Shown here piece after piece: positions 22,101 through 34,920 of a stretch of DNA of 64,000 bases; position 1 is the first letter of the stretch; each line of letters opens with the position of its first letter. The stretch is from Amoebophrya sp. A120 (Eukaryota > Protista > Dinoflagellata). The position numbers and the translations under genes were made by a program. The notes below the pieces were generated by a model. It was not told the DNA's origin. It searched no databases and saw only the letters and a program-made list of their open reading frames with translations. The stretch spans positions 3,585,968-3,649,967 of the forward strand of contig CAJINV010000005.1 in the NCBI GenBank assembly GCA_905178155.1, written 5' to 3'.

Positions 22101-25100
22101 TTGGTTCTGGTACAGAAGGAACAAACGAAACCACTAATGGATTTGGATGCTATGACATTGTCATAGCATTAAATGCAAACTACAATCAGTATGTCTTTGT
22201 TCTTCGACTACTTTAATTATTGTGTACTTCGTGCTTATAAACCGGAGTCATTCAACATTTTCATCACACTTGGAGTGTCGTAAGGACGGACGAGACGAGA
22301 AGAGTATGTAGAAAGATGTAGTTCGTGTAGAAAACTAGTTCTAAAAATTCATCTATACCCAGTTCCTCCTCCCCCTCCGCCTGTTCCCTCTCGAGTCGGT
22401 CCTTCGCCGATTCCCTCGGCAACAAGAAGCTCCGTCTGGGCTTGCTCTTTTTTACCGCCGGCTGTTCGGTGACCTGTTTCGGCTTTCGGTCCTCGATCCA
22501 GTCTTGGCACCGGTACCGCCGACTGGTCGACCCGGTCAGCGTTTCCCAAATATCGAACGCCGTGTCCACAAATTTTCCGTAGTGATTCACGAACTCTTCA
22601 ATATCCGTTGGGGGATACAACTTTTTGAAACCCGTACTCCCCTCGATCAAACTGACTTCCTCCTGTTCGCACCTGGTGAGCTCTCGCACAACCGGCACAG
22701 CCACCGTTGGGTACTCCTGCTTGTGCACCTCTTGATTCTGCTGGTTACTATTTTGGGCACCGGCACTTGACGTGTTGGTGGTGGATCCGAAGGCGGACCG
22801 TTTCTTTGCATTCACCAAATTGTGGCTGTTGTAGGGATCTCGGTCGTTGCTAGAAGATTTTCCGAAGGCCACACCGGGCTTCTGCAGGCTATTGTTTATC
22901 TGGTTGTGGTTCTTGAGTGGTGAAGCTACGGAAGGAGCCGGAGCTGTGGACTTATTTTGCGCAGTAGTTGTCGTGGCACTACTAGCAGCGGATTTATTGT
23001 TGCTGTTTTCCTCCTTGTTGTTGGTTGCTTGCTCAGCTGCAGGTGTGCTGGCTCCTTCCGTGGTTGTGCCCGCGCCACTGACTCCACCTTGCTCCTCTAC
23101 AGGTGCCGCCTGAGTAGAAGCGCTAGCAGATGCCGAGTCCGCGCTCGCCGGGGCTGATCCCCCGTCCGCACTCGCCGCTGCAGCTCCCCCGGATTCGGAA
23201 GCTGTGGTTGTAGTAGACGAAGTCACGGTGGCCGCATTGTTCGACGTCCCAGCAGTGGCAGTCGCATTTCCCGACACCGCTGCCTCCGCACTAGCTGTTG
23301 ACGCTGCTCCCTTCCCGGGAGAAGAAGCAGTGGATCCCCCGGCAGCTCCATTTGCATTTGCGGTCCCCTCCACCCCGCTCGTAGTTCCGCCGTTGATCGT
23401 ACTGTGCTGCGCCGCTTTCTCTCCCTGCCCGGACACGAACTTGTTCCCCGTCAACTTGCCGCCCTTGATGACGCTGGCGCCCATCACCCGCGCCTCCGCG
23501 CGTTGCAGCATCTCCTTCCGGTATTTTCGCCTCCTTTCCGGGTTCAGTTGCAGGATTTGGAACGTGTCCCGCAACACGTTGTATTTCGCGTCTCTGTCCA
23601 CCTCGGACTCCGTGGCAAAACTCGGCGCGTGGTTTACCTCGAGGAGCCAGGGCTTGCCCTTCGCGTCGATAATAACGTCGAAACCGAGGATCTCGAAGCA
23701 CATGACGCTATGCCCTGCTCAGCTGAAACTACAATCGTCCCAACTGGAACGACATATGACAAAGGCGGATCTTTGACTTCACATTAAATCTAAACGTATT
23801 TCAATGCGGCTCCTCTGAGTGTCACTACAGATCTGTCCTTGTAGTCTAGTTCATGACAGCTATACAGTTCGTCGTCATCCGCATACATTTTCTTGATCTT
23901 GTTGCATCACAAATTCATGCTGTTCCATCTTCTGAGACTATTCCATTTGTTGAGCGGGCCATAGTCGTTTTTATCCACATCTTCCGGCTGGCACGAGCGG
24001 TAGACATGGCGAAGCGAGGGTTGAATTGAAATCAAAGTCTTCACGATCAGCTGTAGTTTCGTTTTGTTTATTCCAATTATTATCACCATACTCGCAAGAA
24101 CGGCATCAGGATCAGCAATCGTCTGTTTATTTCTGCTCACGTTTATGAACAGCAACCTTTTCACCAAACCAAGAAGATTTGAACAACATACTGGGAAAAG
24201 ACCGTCACTCTATTCTTTGTAGAAATAAATGCTGACGACAGTCATATATCAATATACCTCCTCAATTTCTGCAAACAGTTTCTCAGTGTCCACGTTGTAC
24301 TCTTCCGCCAAATACTTCACCACTGCGGTTAAGCTCCGCTTGTGCCCGCTCGCACCGTCGTCAACGTCATCGTTTTCCAGGAATTTGGGATTTTTCGCGT
24401 TGATGCTGTAGTTGGTCAAGTGCACCATCTGCCGTTCCAGATTTTTCGACTTCGGCGCCACGTAACGCTCGCTCGCGAGGCGGACCAGACCCTTTTCGTG
24501 CAGGTAAATGCGCAGTGGGTCGCACCCGGTGACCAACACGTACAGCCGCAGGTCGAACTTGTGCCCATCCAGGAGGAAGGGCTTCGCAATGTACTTCTGC
24601 GCGACCAGCGGGGTCGTCATGTCGATGTGCGTGGGCCATTCGCGCGTCAGAAAAATTCCGCGGCCCTGGCACCCGTTGTCCGGCTTGATGATAAAAGTGC
24701 GGTTGCGGGACGCCTGCTGCTGGAATTGCGCCTTGAAATCCGACATATCGGTCGGGAGAATCCACGTTTCCGGGAAGAACTTGTACTCTCGCGGGTAGTA
24801 CTTTTTCATTCGGAGCAGATTCCGCCCGAGATTGTTTTTCCGGGTGATCGCGCACATGCCGACAAAGTGGTTGATTTTCTGGGACTATGCAGCGCAAAAG
24901 CAGAAGGATCGCACAAAAGAAAACTAGCGAAAATCGCATCACAAATGACTTCAACAGCAAGAAGAAAGCGCAGCTCTTTGCCATGCTGATTCATATTGGG
25001 TAAGATATTTGCAGTGCATGACAGGTAGTACTACAGTAGTATTTACTACACGACTTCTGCGATGCTTGTTTGGAGTTGCATAGGTACGACTTCAATTTCG

Positions 25101-25662
25101 TGAACCGCTCTGCGGGAATGGACTGATCCGACCAAATCAGTTCGGCCAGCGCGTCGGAGTGCACCTGTTTCCAGTTACTGAAGGCCGCGACCACCTCCTG
25201 CATCACCGGGTACTTGGTTTCAATATCCTGCGCAAAAGTGCAGTACCCGTACTCGTATTGCAGTCACGCATTACAAATTTCTTTCTCAAGTCAAATCCGC
25301 ATTACAACTTTTATTGAATTTGTCATGCATTTATACGAGTACGATACTTTTGCAATCCATATTCAAAATACGCTAGCACCTTGTCGGCGTTTTTGTCCAC
25401 TTTCTTCTTGCGCTTCACCAACTTCGTACTTGGAGACTGCGACTCTCCGTCCTCGCCGCGGACCTGGGAAAATGGGGACAGGAAATAAACGGTGCTTTTG
25501 GTTGTATACTTTCAACACGACAGGAGCAACAGCCGGCGGCACAGCCACAGGAGGTGAAAAAGGCCAGCGCATTGACACTGTGCAAATGTCGGACGAAGAA
25601 GATGAAAGCACAACCTACCAAGCGTCACCAGTGATCGTTGTTTCGTCCTAAGATACGTTCAT
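19157..25662 (-). CDS. Tubulin polyglutamylase, TTLL6/TTLL13-like, with a Tudor-like motif and long low-complexity C-terminal tail
   Basis: TTL motifs KSYQKINHF, FIIKPDNGCQGRGI, KFDLRLYVLVT, HLTNYSIN, CFEILGFD, PWLLEVNHAPSF. GT-AG introns at 22072-22358, 24051-24257 and probably 25464-25656. Introners at 20518, 21238, 23709, 24886 and 25224. Confidence 0.9.
20518..20824. mobile_element. Introner-like TIR element (family B, 44-bp TIR)
   Basis: tatggatgtgtcagagttgaaatcgacaaagttgaaataatttg versus reverse complement tatggaagcgtcaggtttgaaatcgtcaaagttgaaataatttg. TSD GTAGC. Join PGY|DRNS. Confidence 0.92.
21238..21451. mobile_element. Introner-like TIR element
   Basis: tatcacc...ggttgata. TSD CGTTT. 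Join LKT|QGLS. Confidence 0.85.
23709..23963. mobile_element. Introner-like TIR element (decayed TSD)
   Basis: tatgccctgctcagc versus reverse complement tatggcccgctcaac. Flanks GACGC/GTCGT. The join restores QPEDVDK..MCFEILGFD. Confidence 0.8.
24886..25082. mobile_element. Introner-like TIR element
   Basis: tatgcagc...gttgcata. TSD GGGAC/GGTAC. The join restores the conserved KSYQKINHF. Confidence 0.9.
25224..25361. mobile_element. Introner-like TIR element
   Basis: TSD TTCAA. Join AYFE|TKYPV. Three gcat[gt]acaa motifs. Confidence 0.85.
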
Positions 25663-25780
25663 GTAATTCCACGACGACCAGAAAACTACACAAGCACAAA
25701 CACTAACAACTACTTCTACGTACAACAACAAACGAAATCTTTTTCACAATGAGAATAAGAAATAGAAATCTGAATCTCGA

Positions 25781-28700
25781 TTACTTAGTAAGTACCCTCC
25801 CGCCCCGGCCCAGCAGCTGTTCCGCGGCCTTGTCTTTCTGCTGTTGCAGTTCTTCGGCGGTCAGAATTTTGACGGCGAACCGCTTCGAATCGTCGTCCTG
25901 CTGTTTTTTCGCCAGCATTTGCGCGACGAGCCGGTCTACCTGCGCCAGGCGCTGCTCCGTTTCCGATTTTTCCTGCTGCTTCTCCAGCATCTCCTGGTCG
26001 TGCTTCAGAATCAAATGCAAACGTGTCCGGGTCTGGAACATTGCCAGGTTTGTCATGCATATTTTGTATGGTCCATGATGCCTGTAATGCATGATCTAGC
26101 ATCACAGATCCTTAGAGGGCTTCCTAATGCTTATTCCGCATGAGAAATGCCCTCCCCGCGTATACACATTGCTGGTCATGCAATAGAGATTTTTTTGAAA
26201 TTCAAAGACAGAATTACAAGTTGCAACATTCGCATTCCACACCCAGACATATTCGCAAAGCATATTCAGCTGCATGTCGCGAATTTGGCTCGCCAACTTT
26301 TCCACGGCTTGCTGGCGCGCGGACCCCTGCTCCAGCAAGTGCGGCCGTTTCAGCGCCTCGGCGACAATTCGGTCCACCGCGGTCTTGCAGCTGGCAAGCA
26401 CGTCTGTAATAGAAGTGGCACTGTCCGCGGCGCCCACCACGGGAACTGTGGTTGTCGTAGACGGTGTTGTCGTAGAAGCAGAGCCATCAGCAGGACCAAC
26501 TATTGAAGAACCGGTGGCACAACTGCTATCTGTTTCATTTTTATCAACGCCACTTATGCTGCTCTTGCCGCTCTGCGGGGTGGACTCTGGTAGCTTTTGT
26601 GCACCAGCTGGCGAGATTTCCGAGACAACTGTGGTTTCCTTTATCCGGGAGAGGCTGCTGTTCAGTTGCTCCAAAGCGAACACCACCTCGTCGGGCTCAT
26701 CAGGAGCTTCCGCCAACATTTGCAGCTTCGTTTCACTTCCTTGCTGCCCCAGGTGTTCTCCCGGTCGTGTGGTCGTTCCCTCAGCCCCTGCTGTGCCAGC
26801 ACTATTAGCGGAAAGCAGGTTTTTATTGACATTATCTGCAGCAGCTTCTAGTTCTACTTCATGATCGGAAGTAGTGGTCCTCGGTCTCGCGACGAGGTGT
26901 GCTGGTGCGGCGGAACCCGTCGTCGCCCCTGGTACTTCTGCCTTCGAAGCTGCTGCAACTGCGCTAATGCTTCTTCCACCGGTGGCCGCCGGCTGCAGCT
27001 TCGACATTCCCTGCTGTTGAAGAAGATGTTGCCCAGTCGGAACTGTATCCAGCTCCGCGCTGCTGACCATGTGCTCCGTATCCTGCAACGCCTTTTTGAT
27101 CCCTTTTGCGATGTCCGCGATGCTGGAGACCGTCTGCGACGCGCATCCAAAGTAAATTTCCCGCGCACAACAACGCACAAACCAAAATCAAATGCAAATC
27201 CCGTTCCTGCATGATAAAACTTGCATTGCCTTCGATAGTCTCTAGCATGAAAAGTATCACCAGCTCTCTTCAAGTGGCGAAGTCTGTTTCTGTGATGCAT
27301 TTAATTTTGTACATGTGCGTAAATAATTTTTTTTGTATTGCATAAGCCCGACGCAACCCCGTCATGGTCCACCTGGTCCACCGGGCGGCGCAGGCTTTTG
27401 TCGGGGTCGGATCCCAGAAAGTAGTCTTGGCCACTGCTGGAAAACCGGGGGTCGTAGCCCTTTTCCTCGGCCTCCTTGATGCGTTGCTCCACATACGTGG
27501 CGTTGATCTTCATGGACGTGGTGCTCCACCGGTCGGAGAGCTTATTTTTCTTTTTCTCCGCCGCTGAGTTTCGGCTGCTGCTTTTGGAAGCCTTGTTGCT
27601 GCCATCCACCCCAGTCGTGGTACCATTCTCCTCGTCGTCGCTGCCCTCGTTGTCGTTTTCCTCGTTCTATCAAATGTAAAAATGTCTGGGTCTGGAAGAA
27701 TGCCAGATTTGTCATGCAGGTTTTCCATGACCCATGAGGTCTGGTATGTAGGACATAGCATGACAGATTCTGTGAGGGTTCTATCATGCCTATCCTGCAT
27801 GAGAAACTGCCTCTTGATTAGGTCAAAAGTGGACAGCTTTTGGGAATCATGCAACACAGATTTTTACACGATTCAGATTTAGCATGACAAGTTGCTTTGT
27901 TCCAGACCCAGACATTTTTGCATTTGATACGTTCTCAGAGCCGCTGTCGCTCTCGCTCTCGCTATCCTCGTCCTCATCATCCGACCCGCTGTCCTCTACT
28001 TCATCCTGATGTTGAGCAGTGTGACGCTGAAGATGCCCTGCAGCTCGCTCTTCCTCGCGCTCGACACCACGGCTGCCACGGTGCTGCTGCTGCTGCTGTC
28101 CCAGAGACAGTGCGGAAGAAGAAGTTTCTTCGATCATGGTTCTCGTTCTGTCCTTCGTCTTGCTCATCTTCCCTGCGGCCGAGGTGGGACCAGTGCCATC
28201 TGCTGGCTCTTCGGTGGTTGAGCAACCCGGCGTGGCTTCCGCTGTTGTACTAGCGAGCGGAGTTCTCGTTTGGTGCAGATCTTCCACGCCGTCGTCTGCC
28301 ATGGTGGTCCCCTTGCTGTAGTTATTTTTCGTCGTGGAGGTTGCAGAAGATTTATTCGGCTTTGATGCATCGCGGCCTGTCCTAGGTAGTACAGTGCCAC
28401 TTGTTGTATTGTTCGCATCATCGTTCATGTTCCGCTTTTCGTTTTTGTTTTTGCCAGTATTAGAGGCAACTGCATGTTGTGCACCAGAAGGCGCTGCCCC
28501 TGCGGCCCCGGAGCCGAAGTTCTGCACTTCAATCTCCAGGTCTTCCTCCGCCAAAGCCGGCAATTTCACCGGGCGCGCTTCCCGGCGCTGCTGCAAGCTT
28601 GCGAGCTCCGACAAAACTTGCGCAGATAAGTCTTCATCCGTGCAGGTTCTTTCGTCTTCTTGTTCATGAAGATTTCCTGTAGAAGTTCCATCGTTCATCT

Positions 28701-31353
28701 CCATCCTGGACAACATGGCTCCGTCGCCGGTCTTGTTTCCGCTAGCGGCTCGCGACGGTAAAGACGGCACGGCACGCTCTGAAGTCCTTCCAGGAGCCGA
28801 CGCGTGATTAGCAGCGCTACTCAGAGGAACTCCAGCTTGACCTTGCAGTTGGTGCTGCTGCGTGTGGTTCATTTTGGACTTGCTCAAGACAGCACTGTAT
28901 GCATTGTAAAAGTATCGTGCTTGTTCTAGTGGGAATTGCACATACAACATCAAATTTCCTCAGCGTGGTCAAGCCAAAGACAACTGCTAATGCAGCTCCT
29001 CAGGAAGGACATTTATCATGTATGAACATGATTGCAAAACTGCTACGAGTACTACGATACTTTCTTACACAAGATCATACACTGCTCATGTTCAACACAC
29101 TGCGTAGTTTCTCCAAGGCCTCCTGCACAATGGCCGCCCGTTCCTGCTCCACCTCGTGCTCGTCCCGCTCGCGTTGTTGGTTTGTCGAAAGCGAGCCTCC
29201 ACTGTGATGCTGCGCACTATTGTAGAAAGAACCTCCGGCAGCAGAGGACATCATTTGATTTTGATGCTCCTGCTCATTGTCTTGCTGCATTACCGCGGCG
29301 TCCGCGGCCATGGCGGCGATTTCGTCGGAGACGTTGACGTATCAAATGCAAATGTGTCTGGGTCGTCTGGAATAAACTTGTGCTGCTGGTAGTTGGCGAA
29401 TCCTATAGGACGTCACAAGTGACAGCTCGTCAGCATGACAAGTTTCTGAGTTTCTAGGTGTTGTCTTTTCCCCTGCATGACAAAGTGCGGCTCTGCATGT
29501 TGACAGAGGAAAGAGGGGGCTTTTGGGTAACGTGCCATAACAAACTCTTTAGTAATGCTAGCAGGGCATGATAAACCTCTGGCTCTCCTCTGCAGTCTTC
29601 CACAGTATGACCAAGTCATTGACTATTTGCAGCGGATATGACAGGCTGGTGCTGCCGAAACTGGTCAAACAGCTGCAGCTCCAGCGGGGCCGCCGCATAG
29701 TTGAAATCACCATCTGGGCCATTTCCTCCAGCCAAAGAAGTACCATCCGGACCTCCAGTAGCACCGCTTGTAGCTGCACCTCTGACAGCACTATCCAAAG
29801 TGAGTTTTTTTACCGAACACGAAGACGAAGTATACGTGCTGGCATACTTAATTGCATGACAAAATTTCTCGCCGTGGGCAACAAAAAAATGCAGTATGAC
29901 AAGTCTACTCAAGCTTTCGCCGGTAGTAGTTGGCAACATTTGTCATGCACTTTGTACGTGAACGTGTGCAGTAAACGTAAAAAAAACTTTGTATTGCATA
30001 AGCACCAACAGCACTCCCGGCTCCGAACCCGTCCACCAAGGTCGTCCGTAGGTGGTCTCGCAGCGGGGAGGTAACGATCTCGTGGTTGGTGGAAGGTGGG
30101 AGCAGGCCGACATGATTTGAGACTGCTGGTGGCGCTCCGCCGGCTCCGTCCGACGTGCCGTTACTTCTAGTGTCGGCTTGATGTGGTTGGCCGCCGCTTG
30201 TTGATGTCGCACCAGATCCTGGTCCTATGGATTGCAAAAATGTCTGCGTCTGGAAAGATCTGAACTTGTGATGCGCATTTTAGAACACAGAAAAACCTCT
30301 CATGCATAGGTAGCAAAAGCTGCCCACTTTCTGTCACCAAAATGGGGGATTTCTCGTGCGGGTTCAGCATTGCGGAAGCTTGTCGAAACCTGTGATCCTA
30401 GAGCTTCCATGCCAGACCTGCTGTGTCATGCAAAAACAGCATGACTCTTCTAGACCCAGACATTTTTACATTTGATAGGTCCAGCTTCAGATCCATTGTT
30501 CGTCACGTTCGGCGAAGAGGAGGGTTGGTGTTTTGAATTAGTTCTGTTGTTGTAGTTCCCGCCTCGTCTAGTCGAAAAGAGACGGCGGGTATCGTAGGGG
30601 AAAATCAGTCGCAGCGGGACGACCCTCCATTTGTATGCCGCATCCATTCGTGTAGTACGAATGCAAATTTATAAACTTCTTGCCGACGACGCAGTGTACA
30701 TTCTGCATGGTGCAATAATTATCATTATAGCAAGCATGGTGCATTTTTTCTTTTTCAAATTGAGGACGACGACACAACTGACGGTGATTTTCTTCAGCGT
30801 AAGCATCCTCATCGTAGTACCCGTCTTCTTCAGCTATCCCGTGTGAAAACGACCCCCGACGAAACACCCCTGTTGTGCTCAACATGTAGCACACTCAACT
30901 ATGCTACACAAGTTTAGCTTTAGTTTGAGACTCTCTGCGACTGCGAGTCGCGCATGACAAGCTACTAACTTCTGCGGCTACGTCAGAAAATTCATTTATT
31001 TATAGCCAGGTTCTCCTTCTTCATTGGATTATGATTTTCAAGAACCAGAACGATCTTTAGCAAAAGCTTCTTTTGGGCGGCCCCAGCAAGCTGCGCGAAA
31101 TAATGAACGCGCATAGGAGAAGCTCACCAACTGGTACTAGTGTACTACATGCTTGATCTCTACTACCCTACCAGGTATGGGGTCGCCTGGGAGCAGGCGT
31201 TTTACTTATACACGACAGGTCGTGTACCACCATATCTGCCAGCACGTCTTCGTCAACCTCTTCGTACTGCCCGTCCTCGCCGACGGTGTCTGCTCGAAAC
31301 AGCTGGTTCAGCCCGATCTCGTCCAGAGGATTACGACTTTTCACGTTTGACAT
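25781..31353 (-). CDS. Large hypothetical low-complexity/coiled-coil protein, at least 7 introner introns
   Basis: ORF pieces from 25781 to about 30630 chain in frame across elements at 26009, 27144, 27668, 28898, 29340, 29792 and 30226. The 5' exons (30568-31353) were not resolved. Confidence 0.7.
26009..26264. mobile_element. Introner-like TIR element (family A)
   Basis: TSD TTCAG. Join MQLK|HDQE. Interior closely similar to 41137-41398. Confidence 0.9.
27144..27344. mobile_element. Introner-like TIR element (decayed)
   Basis: Ends catccaaagt... and ...tttgtattgcata resemble 29792-30000. Removing it plus 5 bp gives ASG|SQTVSS. Confidence 0.6.
27668..27929. mobile_element. Introner-like TIR element (family A)
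   Basis: Near-perfect TIR of about 30 bp (tatcaaatg[tc]aaaaatgtctgggtctggaa). TSD CGTTC. Join GSEN|EEND. Confidence 0.95.
28898..29079. mobile_element. Introner-like TIR element
   Basis: TSD CACTG. Join MSS|AVLSK. Confidence 0.88.
29340..29638. mobile_element. Introner-like TIR element (family A-related)
   Basis: Left end tatcaaatgcaaatgtgtctggg. TSD TGACG/TGACA. Join QPV|NVSDE. Confidence 0.85.
29792..30000. mobile_element. Introner-like TIR element
   Basis: TSD AGCAC. Join AVGA|VRGA. Confidence 0.88.
30226..30477. mobile_element. Introner-like TIR element (family A)
   Basis: TSD GGTCC. Join EAGP|GSGA. Confidence 0.92.
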
Positions 31354-32685
31354 TTTGTTGTATTTTCCAGTATTTACTATCTATTGTTCCTACAGTCTAT
31401 GTTCGTGCCAGGAGTTTCTGCAGTTGTTCCTGGTGCTGCATGCAGTCCTAGTGCTACTATACTTTTCCTCTTGTCTACTCGTCCATCTACCCATCTACTC
31501 GAAAGAAACAAAAAAACAAACGAAAATAACAAGTAAACACACTATCACTGTAACGTCGTTGGAGACCACAGACAAGAAGCACAATGTTTACAATTTTGAT
31601 TTTTACCGTGGTACTATACAACTTACATCAACATCCACTAGAGCATACAAATACCTCACGAAGGTGAAGCGAATGAATAGGTAGAAAATGAGGTAAAGAC
31701 CACGACTCCGTACGAAGTGGATTTTTATTGTCGATGTCTAGTTCTTCGGTCTACGTCTACCAGATCGTGCAACGAACGACAGGAGCGAGTTCCGGGCCAG
31801 CGAATCTTTCACGCTTCAAGCGACAACGAATTTTTTCTTGCCCAAAGCCGATGTAACTAAACAAACTACGACGTGCAATTGCATATTTATACGAATGATG
31901 TGCTGCTCTTCTTCATCCGCCCGCAGTTGAGCTGTAAGTACACGACTGTTGTTGTACTATGTTGACCACGATTTTTGTCAAGATAAACTCATGTAATATG
32001 TTGGCATTGATGACGACCCACACGAACGGAGCGCGCAAAAACACAAATGACGAGAAGAAGAGACGACTTTCCTCTCTTCACGAACGTTTGTTCATCTTGA
32101 TGCCAAGAAACGGCGAGAGAAGAGGGTGAAGAGCGAGTATTTCTTCAGCGCCACAAGGTCGCGCGGCCCAACAATCACTTCTTCGGACCAGTGCTTACAA
32201 AATCCTTCCTGTACTAGATGCAGGCTCGAAGCTTCGTTATGGTGCAGCTATGGCATTTTTCTTATCTTGTTTCCTAATTTTATTCCAATACATATACATT
32301 TTCTGCATGATAAAGGTAAAGCTGTAAGTAGTAGAAACCGCGAATATAATGTGGATGCAGTTTGTGTTTGTCTTCGTAATTCACAGTGTCATGCTCTGCT
32401 TGTTCATAGTGTGCAATTACTAATTTCAAGTTGATTCAATTGGCCCTATATCAGGGGTCCATACCTTCCAGCTCATTCCCGTCGTCCACATCCATTGAAT
32501 CCAACTCGTCTTCCATCCCGACTTGGACTTCTTCCTTGCCGTCCTGGATTTCCAAAAAATCCTCCATCAAAACCTGCTGCGAGGAGGGACGAGAGGAAGA
32601 TGTTGACGAACCTGAGTGATGAAGATGTTGGTATTTGATTCAGCGCTACATTCGAGATCGAAATCATCACATCGTTCAAACATGA

Positions 32686-34920
32686 TCAGGACCGCAGCAT
32701 CAGCCCCGCACCGTCACAACCATGTTGATCGAGATGAATTACAGAAAAACTAGAGTCGTAAGTACTTGATTGGCAAATCGAAATCTGTATAGCAAAGTTA
32801 CCAGCTTGTAGTTCCTGCGTCAGTCCCACGTCTTGTTTCGACGTCCCGATCTGGGAGTCCTGCATGTGTTGCAGCGTCGTAGTTGTTCTGCTCATCGCGT
32901 TCTTCATCCCATTGGTCGTGTGTTTCACTTTGTTCTTCTTGTTACCGCTCTTTGTCTGCATCAAAGTGCTAGTACCGGAGACCGAGGACTTTCCGCGAGT
33001 TGATCCTTCCGCGCCGAGGTCGCCATCCGCGAGCAGATTCACGTCACCACCAGCAGCGGGGTCTCGGCCTGCCTGTACGGAGTCTTGCGACCACGTCCAC
33101 TCTTCAGCGACTTGGTCCGGGTTGTAGGTTCCGAGGTGGTGGACGATTTCCGGCGATTCTTGGCCGTTGTACTTCATGTCCGGATTTAGATTCTTTTGCT
33201 GGCTCCCACCTTGTTGTTTCTGCGCGACCCGCGGAGAGGACGAGGTCTGCAGAGTCGACGAGCTGCGACTTCGTGACCGGCTCCATGGTGCTCGCGGCAG
33301 CCTCGACCACCAAGATCGGGATCTGGATTTTGTCGCTGCTGTCGGATTCGACCTGCTCCTCGGCCACCATCTTTGCCACCATCGTTTTGGCTTTTCTTCG
33401 TTTTGGCTTTTCTCGTTTCGCGTTGGCATTTCTCGGGCGAACATGCTGGACCGCAGTGCCGCCAGCTGGTTTGGTCCGAACCAAGTTGCACTCGTTGACC
33501 CAGTTGCGATAGTGGACGGCTTCGACACAGTGCTCTCGGTCTCTGCGCGATCAGGTGGTGCTGGATACGCCTGCGGACCTTCCTGCACCGTCTCGGCGGG
33601 GGGGGGAGGGCAACATGCGTCTATACACCGACCGCAAGTGGCTCCCACGATCTTATCCCCGAGCGTGTCCTCCTCCGGGCTTAATCCGAGCTCGTCCTTA
33701 ACTGTGACGTCGCAGTTGCAGCGCTCACACCACGAAAAACACGAAAACCAATCGACCGGCTTGAAATCGGTCGTTGGCGTAGGCGATGCTTTTGCTAAGG
33801 TAGTAGCAATAAACGAGGTTGACCCACGCGACGCACCAGAGACGAGATCACCCCCACCATGAAGTCCCTGCCGCCCTGCAATTTCTTCTTCGTGCTGCGC
33901 TCCGACGTGGTGCCTGGTGCTGCCCATTGCGTCGACATCCGCGGATGGCACAAGCAGGTTAGCGTCTTCGGTTATGAAAGTTTCTTCAAGTAGTTGGAAA
34001 TTGACGAAGTTGAAGTAAATTCGTACTGATAAAAAGTAAATGCCACAGGGACGCACGAAGTCGGTCCATTACCACAGCGCGAGCGCAGGAGGACACAGGG
34101 AGGCACATCAGAGCAGTCCAGCTAAGAAGCAACAATATAGGCTGCTGACAACTAGCACGACACTCTTTTGCTGTGCCCTAATCAGCGTCGTGACAGATTT
34201 ATCGACTCAGCCACATCAACAAGAAAAAACCGTCATGCGCCGATTAGAAACTGTGGGTCCAACGGCTGCAACTACAGGTATCAATTTTACGCACTACAAG
34301 TCTATTACTCAAGTAATCAATTTCGTCAATTTCATCCAACCTGGTGACACTACCGTAGCGCTCGGGAGCACCCACAGGGGTGTTTCAGTGTGATGCTTCA
34401 CTTTGTTCTTGCTCTTTGTCTGCATGAAAGAGCTAGTACCAGCAACCGAGGCCTTCCGCGATTCGTTCCTTCCGCTCCGAAGTCGCCATCCGCGAGCAGA
34501 TCCTGGTCAGTACCAGCAGCGGGGTCTCGGCCTGCCTGTACGGAGTCTTGCGACCACGTCTACTCTTCAGCGGCTTCTTGGTCTGCGTTGTAGTTTCCGA
34601 GGTCGTGGTGGACGATTTCCGGCGATTCTTGGTCCTTGTTCACGTCCGGATTGAGATTGTTTTGCTGGCTCGTACCTTGTTGCTTCTGCGCGGCCCGCGG
34701 AGATGAAGACGAGGTCTGCAGATTCGATGAGCTGCGACTTTCTGACCAGTTCCTCCATGGTGCTTGCGGCAGCCTCGGCAGCCAGGATCGGGATTGGGGT
34801 TCTGTCGCTGCTGTCGGTTTCGAGCTGCTCGGCCACAATCTCTGCCACCATCGTATTCGGCTTGGATTTTCTTGCTGCTGCTGCCAGTACCTTCGGCGGT
34901 ACCCTGCGACCCAGTTGCGG
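32686..34920 (-). CDS. Hypothetical protein with an internal duplicated unit of about 0.5 kb; in-frame TAG at 34560-34562 (possible pseudogene)
   Basis: 34390-34920 parallels 32920-33500. Joined in frame across element 33973-34357 (VLPS|ADANLL). TAG stands where the other unit has TGG. Confidence 0.5.
33973..34357. mobile_element. Introner-like TIR element (family B-related, decayed)
   Basis: 41-bp imperfect TIR sharing gaaattgacgaa[ag]ttga. Flanks TCGGT/GCGCT. In-frame join. Confidence 0.65.

Noticed and set aside
25464-25781. Fusion of the 25.8-31.4 kb gene with TTLL into one giant protein
   Set aside because: A stop at 25781 and a plausible own ATG with a GT-AG intron for TTLL fit better. 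Not excluded without RNA data.
30568-31170. Additional introners in the 5' part of the 25.8-31.4 kb gene
   Set aside because: TAT-like starts at about 30634 and 30900 were seen, but no matching end or in-frame join was found.
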